Shown here: positions 59,206 through 64,000 of the stretch, piece after piece | Numbering within the stretch: the first letter of the stretch is position 1 | Layout of the letters: each line of letters opens with the position of its first letter | Source of the DNA: Candidatus Komeilibacteria bacterium RIFOXYD1_FULL_37_29 | GTDB taxonomy: Bacteria; Patescibacteriota; Patescibacteriia; UBA1558; GWA2-36-10 | Length of the DNA stretch: 64,000 bases | Reading direction: 5' to 3' | NCBI GenBank assembly: GCA_001818495.1 | Contig: MHKS01000005.1 | Span: forward strand, 180,188 to 244,187 | Notes under the pieces: model-generated | What the model was told of the DNA's origin: nothing | What the model saw: only the letters and a program-made list of their open reading frames with translations | Databases searched by the model: none | Program-made: the position numbers and the translations under genes

Positions 59206-59225
59206 GCAATGCAATAATAAATAAT

Positions 59226-59912
59226 ATGGCAAAAATAAGTAAAAGATTAAAAGAAGCTAGATCTAAAATTGAAAGTGATAAAAAGTATCCTATTAAGGAA
59301 GCGATAAAACTAGTCAAAGAAACTAGCGCTGTGAAATTTGACGCTTCAGTAGAAGTCCATGCCAATTTGGGTATTGATCCTAAAAAAGGTGACCAAATAG
59401 TCAGGGCCTCTGTAGTATTACCGCATGGTACTGGTAAGACAGTTAAATTGGTTGCTTTTGTACCAGAAGCAAGAGTAAAAGAAGCCAAAAGTGCTGGCGC
59501 TGATATGGCTGGTGGAGAAGAATTGATTGCGGAGATTAAAAAGACCTTAAAAACAGATTTTGATATTGCTGTGACTGTACCGGAAATGATGCCAAAATTG
59601 GCGGTCATTGCTAAAATCCTTGGTCAAAAAGGTTTAATGCCCAATCCCAAGACTGATACTATTGGTACAGATTTAACCAAGATGATCGGTGAGCTTAAGA
59701 AAGGTAGGGTGTCTTATAAAAACGATATTAGCTCCAATATTCATTTGACTATTGGTAAAGTATCATTTGATGAGGCCAAGTTACTAGAAAATTTTGAAAT
59801 TTTCTTGGACTCTTTAAAGAAAGTAAAGCCACAGAGTATTAAAGGAACTTTTATTCAGTCATTGTTTCTATCATCTTCGATGGGTCCCAGTATTAAAATT
59901 TTGATAAAATAA
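59226..59912 (+). CDS. rplA: 50S ribosomal protein L1
   Basis: MAKISKRLKEARSKI...GKTVKLVAF is the L1 signature. The track start at 59157 is a TTG that reads through the leader motif. The ATG is at 59226. Confidence 0.9.
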   Translation: MAKISKRLKEARSKIESDKKYPIKEAIKLVKETSAVKFDASVEVHANLGIDPKKGDQIVRASVVLPHGTGKTVKLVAFVPEARVKEAKSAGADMAGGEELIAEIKKTLKTDFDIAVTVPEMMPKLAVIAKILGQKGLMPNPKTDTIGTDLTKMIGELKKGRVSYKNDISSNIHLTIGKVSFDEAKLLENFEIFLDSLKKVKPQSIKGTFIQSLFLSSSMGPSIKILIK

Positions 59913-59920
59913 TTATTACT

Positions 59921-59953
59921 AAACCCGCCGCGTTTTGACGCGGCGGGTTTTTG
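59921..59953 (+). terminator. strong intrinsic terminator aaacccgccgcg ttttga cgcggcgggttt + TT
   Basis: Perfect 12-bp GC-rich stem with a T-run after rplA. Confidence 0.65.
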
Positions 59954-60016
59954 TTTACCAGTCTTGCCAGAGCTAAGATATTGTGTTAAATTGGCATAAT
60001 AATAAGCTATAAATAT

Positions 60017-61516
60017 ATGGAATTAATATTTAAAACTGAAGAAAAACAAGAAGCTGAAGTGCTTTTTTTGCCCGTCTTAAAGGACAATTTGGCTATCATT
60101 AAATTGATCAGCTCTTTTGATTTTAGAGACGAGCAGAATATTTTACTTCGTCTTAAAAAGGAAAATTTTCAAGGAAATAAAGGAGATTGGTTTGTAGTCC
60201 ACAATGATAAACAAACTATAGTTTTTATTGGTACTGGACAAGCTAAAAAATTGTCAGCGGAGGATTTTAGAACAACGGCTGGCTATATGGTGGCTTATTT
60301 AAGAAAACATCATACTAAGAAAATTGGTTTATTAATAAAATATTGGTTGAAGGGGACAAATGATTTGGATGTTTTAGCCCAGGCCTTAGCCGAGGGGCTT
60401 TATTTAGCTGCTTATAGTTTTGATCGTTACAAAAAAATTGATAAAGAAGCTATCAAGTTCGATGTTAAAGAAATTTTTGTTTATTTAGATTCTTTATTAT
60501 CTGGTCAAAAAGCCAAATTTATTAAAGGGTGGGATCTTGGTCGGTCTTTGGCCCAGGGTACTATCTTGGCTCGTGATTTGGTCAATGAACCAGCCGGAGT
60601 AATGACACCCAAATTTTTGGCTGAAATCGCTAAAAATATTGCCAAGAAAAGCAAAAATATTTCTGTGAAGATTTTTGATAAAGAAAAAATCGCCCAGTTG
60701 AAAATGAATGCCTATTTGTCTATTGCCCAAGGCTCACCGGAAGAACCAAAATTTATTCATTTGATTTATAAACCAGCTGGTAAAATCAGAGATAGGGTGG
60801 CGCTAGTTGGCAAAGGAGTGACCTTTGATAGTGGCGGGTTGAATATCAAACCATGGGAAGGTATGGTTGATATGAAAATTGATATGGCGGGAGCCGCCAC
60901 TGTATTAGGGGTTTTTGATATTTTGGCCCAGAGTGATGTGAAGGTGGAAGTACACGGTATTATTGCGGCTTGTGAAAATATGCCCTCTGGTACAGCCGTC
61001 AAACCTGGCGATGTGGTCAAAAATATGCAGGGTAAAAGCATCGAGGTGGCTCATACTGATGCGGAAGGCCGAGTGACTTTGGCTGATTCATTGGCCTATG
61101 CGCAGAAGCAGGGGATTAAAAAGATCGTTGATATTGCTACCTTAACCGGAGCAGCTATAGTGGCTTTGGGCAGCCAATATGCTGGTTTTTTTTCCAATAG
61201 TGACAAATTAGCTGAGCGTATTTTGAAAGAGTCTAAAAATGTTGGCGAAAATATGTGGCTTTTGCCCTTGGCTTTAGAATATAAAAATATGAATAAAAGC
61301 AAAGTAGCTGATATTAGAAATGTTTCGGAGATCAAGGGCGGTGGGGCTATTATGGCGGCTTGGTTTTTAAATTATTTTATAAGTGAAGGTACCGATTGGG
61401 CTCATATTGATATCGCTGGGCCAGCTTATGCTGAGAAAGAAATGAATTCTTACACTCCGGTCGGTGGAGTAGGCTTTGGAGTGCGGACTTTGTTTAACTG
61501 GCTAAAGAATATTTAA
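60017..61516 (+). CDS. pepA: leucyl aminopeptidase (M17 family, PepA)
   Basis: NTDAEGR-type motif (VAHTDAEGRVTLAD) and the M17 catalytic domain pattern (GKGVTFDSGGLNIKP). Confidence 0.85.
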   Translation: MELIFKTEEKQEAEVLFLPVLKDNLAIIKLISSFDFRDEQNILLRLKKENFQGNKGDWFVVHNDKQTIVFIGTGQAKKLSAEDFRTTAGYMVAYLRKHHTKKIGLLIKYWLKGTNDLDVLAQALAEGLYLAAYSFDRYKKIDKEAIKFDVKEIFVYLDSLLSGQKAKFIKGWDLGRSLAQGTILARDLVNEPAGVMTPKFLAEIAKNIAKKSKNISVKIFDKEKIAQLKMNAYLSIAQGSPEEPKFIHLIYKPAGKIRDRVALVGKGVTFDSGGLNIKPWEGMVDMKIDMAGAATVLGVFDILAQSDVKVEVHGIIAACENMPSGTAVKPGDVVKNMQGKSIEVAHTDAEGRVTLADSLAYAQKQGIKKIVDIATLTGAAIVALGSQYAGFFSNSDKLAERILKESKNVGENMWLLPLALEYKNMNKSKVADIRNVSEIKGGGAIMAAWFLNYFISEGTDWAHIDIAGPAYAEKEMNSYTPVGGVGFGVRTLFNWLKNI

Positions 61517-61533
61517 AAAATATCATTTAAATA

Positions 61534-61560
61534 AAAACCCCTTTTTAAGACGGGGTTTTT
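61534..61560. terminator. bidirectional hairpin aaaacccc tttttaagac ggggtttt between pepA and pth (contains the pth stop codon)
   Basis: An inverted repeat with A/T runs on both sides. Confidence 0.45.
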
Positions 61561-62114
61561 TGATTGTATTTATTAGCTGCTTCGTCAAAACTTTTATCTA
61601 AAACATCTTCTAGTATTAGGTGGGTAGTATCCAATATTTCATTGAGCTGTTTTTTGTCTTCGCTAGAGAATTTTTTTAGGACAAAATCTTCGGCCTTACC
61701 TTCTTGTGGTCCGATACCCAGCCGAATTCTTTTGAAGTCTTTTGATTTCAAGTGATTGATGATGGAGTCAACTCCTTTGTGCCCACCGGCGCTGCGATTT
61801 TTTGATATTCTTATTTTGCCGTATGGCAAATCTATATCATCGTAGATAACAATAATATTGTGGGTCGGTATTTTATAAAATTGCTTTAAGGCCTGGACCG
61901 CTTGTCCGGAATTGTTCATATAAGTGAGTGGCTTGGCTAAAATTATTTTTTCTTTTTCGCCCTGGAAATCAGTCAGTTGACTGTTACTGACTTTGTGGTT
62001 AGACCAAGTCAGCATTTTTTTACTAGCCAAAGAGTCCAAGACCAGCCAACCAAAATTGTGACGGGTCAACTCGTATTCTTTATCGGGATTGCCTAATCCG
62101 ATGATAAGTTTCAT
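61545..62114 (-). CDS. pth: peptidyl-tRNA hydrolase
   Basis: MKLIIGLGNPDKEYELTRHNFGW is the canonical Pth N-terminus and contains the catalytic His. Confidence 0.9.
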   Translation of the reverse strand: MKLIIGLGNPDKEYELTRHNFGWLVLDSLASKKMLTWSNHKVSNSQLTDFQGEKEKIILAKPLTYMNNSGQAVQALKQFYKIPTHNIIVIYDDIDLPYGKIRISKNRSAGGHKGVDSIINHLKSKDFKRIRLGIGPQEGKAEDFVLKKFSSEDKKQLNEILDTTHLILEDVLDKSFDEAANKYNQKTPS

Positions 62115-62148
62115 ATTTTTATTTTACATCTCGAGTATAGTCGAGAGA

Positions 62149-63507
62149 TTATTTATCTTGAAGATTTTGGGTTTTGATTACACGAATGTGTATCGGTGTA
62201 CCCTCAAAACCAAATTTATAACGCAAATTGTTTTCTATAAATCTTAGATAAGAGTCATGCAGATCAGCTTTAAAATCTATTTTGATAGCAAAGACTGGGG
62301 GGTTGGTATGCAGTTGTTTTAGGCTGTAAATATAGGGGTATTTAGTGCCTTTACCGCGAGAAGGTTTGTGTCTTTTGACCAGATTTTTAAGCAACTTGTC
62401 CAAAGCGTTTTCGGTGATTGTTTTATTTTTCTCTTGGTAAATGGATAAAACGCTATCTAATATTTTTTTAATGCGCATTTTTCTGGTAGCTGAGGAAAAG
62501 ATTATTGGCGCCCATCTAAGAAATGGGAAAAAACTTTTATAATAATTTTCAAATTCTTTGACCGTGTCGGTGGTTTTATCCGGTATGAGGTCCCACTTGT
62601 TGGCCAAGATAATCAGTCCGACACCGGCATTTTCAGCATGCTCGATCAGGTGTTTGTCTTGCCAGGTCAGTTTACTAAAGACATCGGTCACTAATATAGC
62701 AATGTCAGCTTTTTTGATAGTATCAATACTTTGATCGATGGATTGTTTCTCAAAGGGGTCGGCTGTTTTTTTGGATTGACGCCTTATACCAGCAGTGTCC
62801 ACAAAAATAATTTTCTGGCCTTCAAACATAAATTCTATATCCTGGGCGTCTCTAGTAGTATGAGCGATGGATGATACTATCACCCTTTGTTCTCCTAAGA
62901 TGGCATTGATAATGGATGATTTACCAACATTGGGTTTACCTACTACGGCTACGCGGATGGCTTTTTCATTGGTAGTTGTTTCTTTGAGTCTTTTTTTATT
63001 TTTTATTTTTTTAAGTTGTACGACTACTTCATCTAATAAATCGCCAGTACCAACACCATTGATAGCTGAGACTGGCCAAGGGTGGCCGAGATTTAATTTA
63101 TAAAATTCAGCTAAATATTGGCGAGTTTTATTATTGTCGGTTTTGTTAACTACCAAAAGGACTGGCTGTTTGTTTCTTTTAAAATTTTTGGCCAATTCCA
63201 TATCAGTGGCCATGATACCATTTCGGACATCCACTACAAAAAGGAGTAGATCGGCCTCGCTGATAGCGGTTTGGGCTTGCTCGATAATTTGTCTGTCTAT
63301 TTCGTCATCAGATTGTCTTTCTAAACCACCAGTGTCAATGAGGGAAAAATCCATATCTTTCCAGGAACAGGTAGCGTAGTTTCTGTCACGAGTAGTACCA
63401 GCCACATGGGAAGTAATGGCCTTGGGGTCCGATATAAGACGATTAAACAAGGTAGATTTTCCTACATTGACTCTTCCGACTATGGCTACTTTGTATAGAC
63501 TGGGCAT
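62149..63507 (-). CDS. der: ribosome-associated GTPase Der (EngA), tandem GTPase domains
   Basis: Two G-domains (GRVNVGKSTLFN; GKPNVGKSSIIN) plus a KH-like C-terminus. Confidence 0.9.
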   Translation of the reverse strand: MPSLYKVAIVGRVNVGKSTLFNRLISDPKAITSHVAGTTRDRNYATCSWKDMDFSLIDTGGLERQSDDEIDRQIIEQAQTAISEADLLLFVVDVRNGIMATDMELAKNFKRNKQPVLLVVNKTDNNKTRQYLAEFYKLNLGHPWPVSAINGVGTGDLLDEVVVQLKKIKNKKRLKETTTNEKAIRVAVVGKPNVGKSSIINAILGEQRVIVSSIAHTTRDAQDIEFMFEGQKIIFVDTAGIRRQSKKTADPFEKQSIDQSIDTIKKADIAILVTDVFSKLTWQDKHLIEHAENAGVGLIILANKWDLIPDKTTDTVKEFENYYKSFFPFLRWAPIIFSSATRKMRIKKILDSVLSIYQEKNKTITENALDKLLKNLVKRHKPSRGKGTKYPYIYSLKQLHTNPPVFAIKIDFKADLHDSYLRFIENNLRYKFGFEGTPIHIRVIKTQNLQDK

Positions 63508-63509
63508 AT

Positions 63510-64000
63510 TTATTCTGTTAATTGTTCGCTACTACTGGCGGTAGAAGTGGCTAATAAGCTAGGGTCGATAGTAGGGATTATTTCTATATTTTCATCAATT
63601 ATTTGATCTTGTCCTAAGACAATCAGAAAGTCCAAGTTTTCCAACTCTCCATTGGCATCTTTGATGCCCCAATGGTTGGCTACCACTGATGCGATATAAT
63701 CCAAAGGGATGTCTTTTTTGGTTTCGGTGTTGAAGATATTTTCTAATGATTCCTTAGTTTTGGGGTTCTGTTCGGTGTAATCATAGATAACCGTACTGAT
63801 TTTATCTTGATTGGTGGCATTGCCGTATCTAAGTACATTATAACCTATTTGGCTTAGATAATTAACAGCGTTTAGAGCTAGACCAGGAACAGCTGTACCG
63901 TTTTGGATAATGATTTTAGCTTGTTCTTGACCAGCAGCCTGCAACTGAAAAACATTTTTGACTAGAGCGTTTATTGGATCGTAGCTTCCGCCGACTGGTT
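63510..64000 (-). CDS. LytR/CpsA/Psr (LCP) family protein, C-terminal part (gene continues beyond the right edge)
   Basis: IIQNGTAVPGLALNAVNYLSQIGYNV is the LytR_C pattern. The frame stays open to position 64000. The track 'M' at 63944 is a TTG. Confidence 0.5.
   Translation of the reverse strand, partial: PVGGSYDPINALVKNVFQLQAAGQEQAKIIIQNGTAVPGLALNAVNYLSQIGYNVLRYGNATNQDKISTVIYDYTEQNPKTKESLENIFNTETKKDIPLDYIASVVANHWGIKDANGELENLDFLIVLGQDQIIDENIEIIPTIDPSLLATSTASSSEQLTE

Noticed and set aside
59157-59225. N-terminal 23 aa extension of rplA (MEDKEGAWQVGQAF...)
   Set aside because: It starts at a TTG and is simply the in-frame translation of the conserved leader RNA motif. L1 proteins begin MAKISK...
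63944-64000. Treating 63510-63944 as a complete gene
   Set aside because: The 'M' at 63944 is a TTG. The reading frame stays open to the window edge and the product is only the C-terminal LytR_C-like region. It is reported as partial instead.

Overview
The 64 kb window looks like a chromosomal segment from a small-genome, low-GC bacterium, roughly 35-38% GC by eye. The gene content and style fit Patescibacteria/CPR, but that is inference. It is tightly packed with housekeeping genes, mostly on the + strand. These are a partial typA, xth, parA-parB, a short rel, topA, folC, dprA, ileS-recO-tgt, glyQS, metG, tatD, rmuC, a complete F1Fo ATP synthase operon (atpZ-B-E-F-H-A-G-D-C), a UvrD-like helicase-nuclease, pheS-pheT, gyrB, secE-nusG-rplK-rplA, pepA, pth, der and a partial LCP-family gene. 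There is a minus-strand cluster of six tRNAs (Asn, Met/CAT x2, Pro, Ala, Leu) with its own promoter. No rRNA, CRISPR array or recognisable transposase is present. Several near-consensus sigma70-type promoters and hairpin terminators are readable directly. The ORF track often starts genes at in-frame TTG/GTG codons lying upstream of promoters, and I adjusted starts where the sequence supports it. The most interesting content falls into five groups. (1) A four-gene operon at 24.6-29.4 kb encodes two type IV pilin-like proteins with Cys-rich C-terminal repeats, a small membrane protein, and a membrane-anchored Clp-like double AAA+ protein. That AAA+ protein has an N-terminal DnaJ-type CxxCxGxG zinc finger and a degenerate first ATPase module. 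(2) A ~39-nt structured leader motif is duplicated exactly upstream of both rplK and rplA, and is a candidate L1 autoregulatory mimic. (3) A compact beta-carbonic-anhydrase-like gene with foreign-looking codon usage and a strong SD is appended to the atp operon. (4) The Tgt homolog lacks the canonical zinc-binding CxCxxC triad, and sits near a YhhQ-like transporter. (5) Two AT-rich islets of hypothetical genes are present, one at 37.5-39.4 kb and one gene wedged between pheS and pheT. All protein calls come from reading the translations and recalling family motifs, because no database searches were possible.
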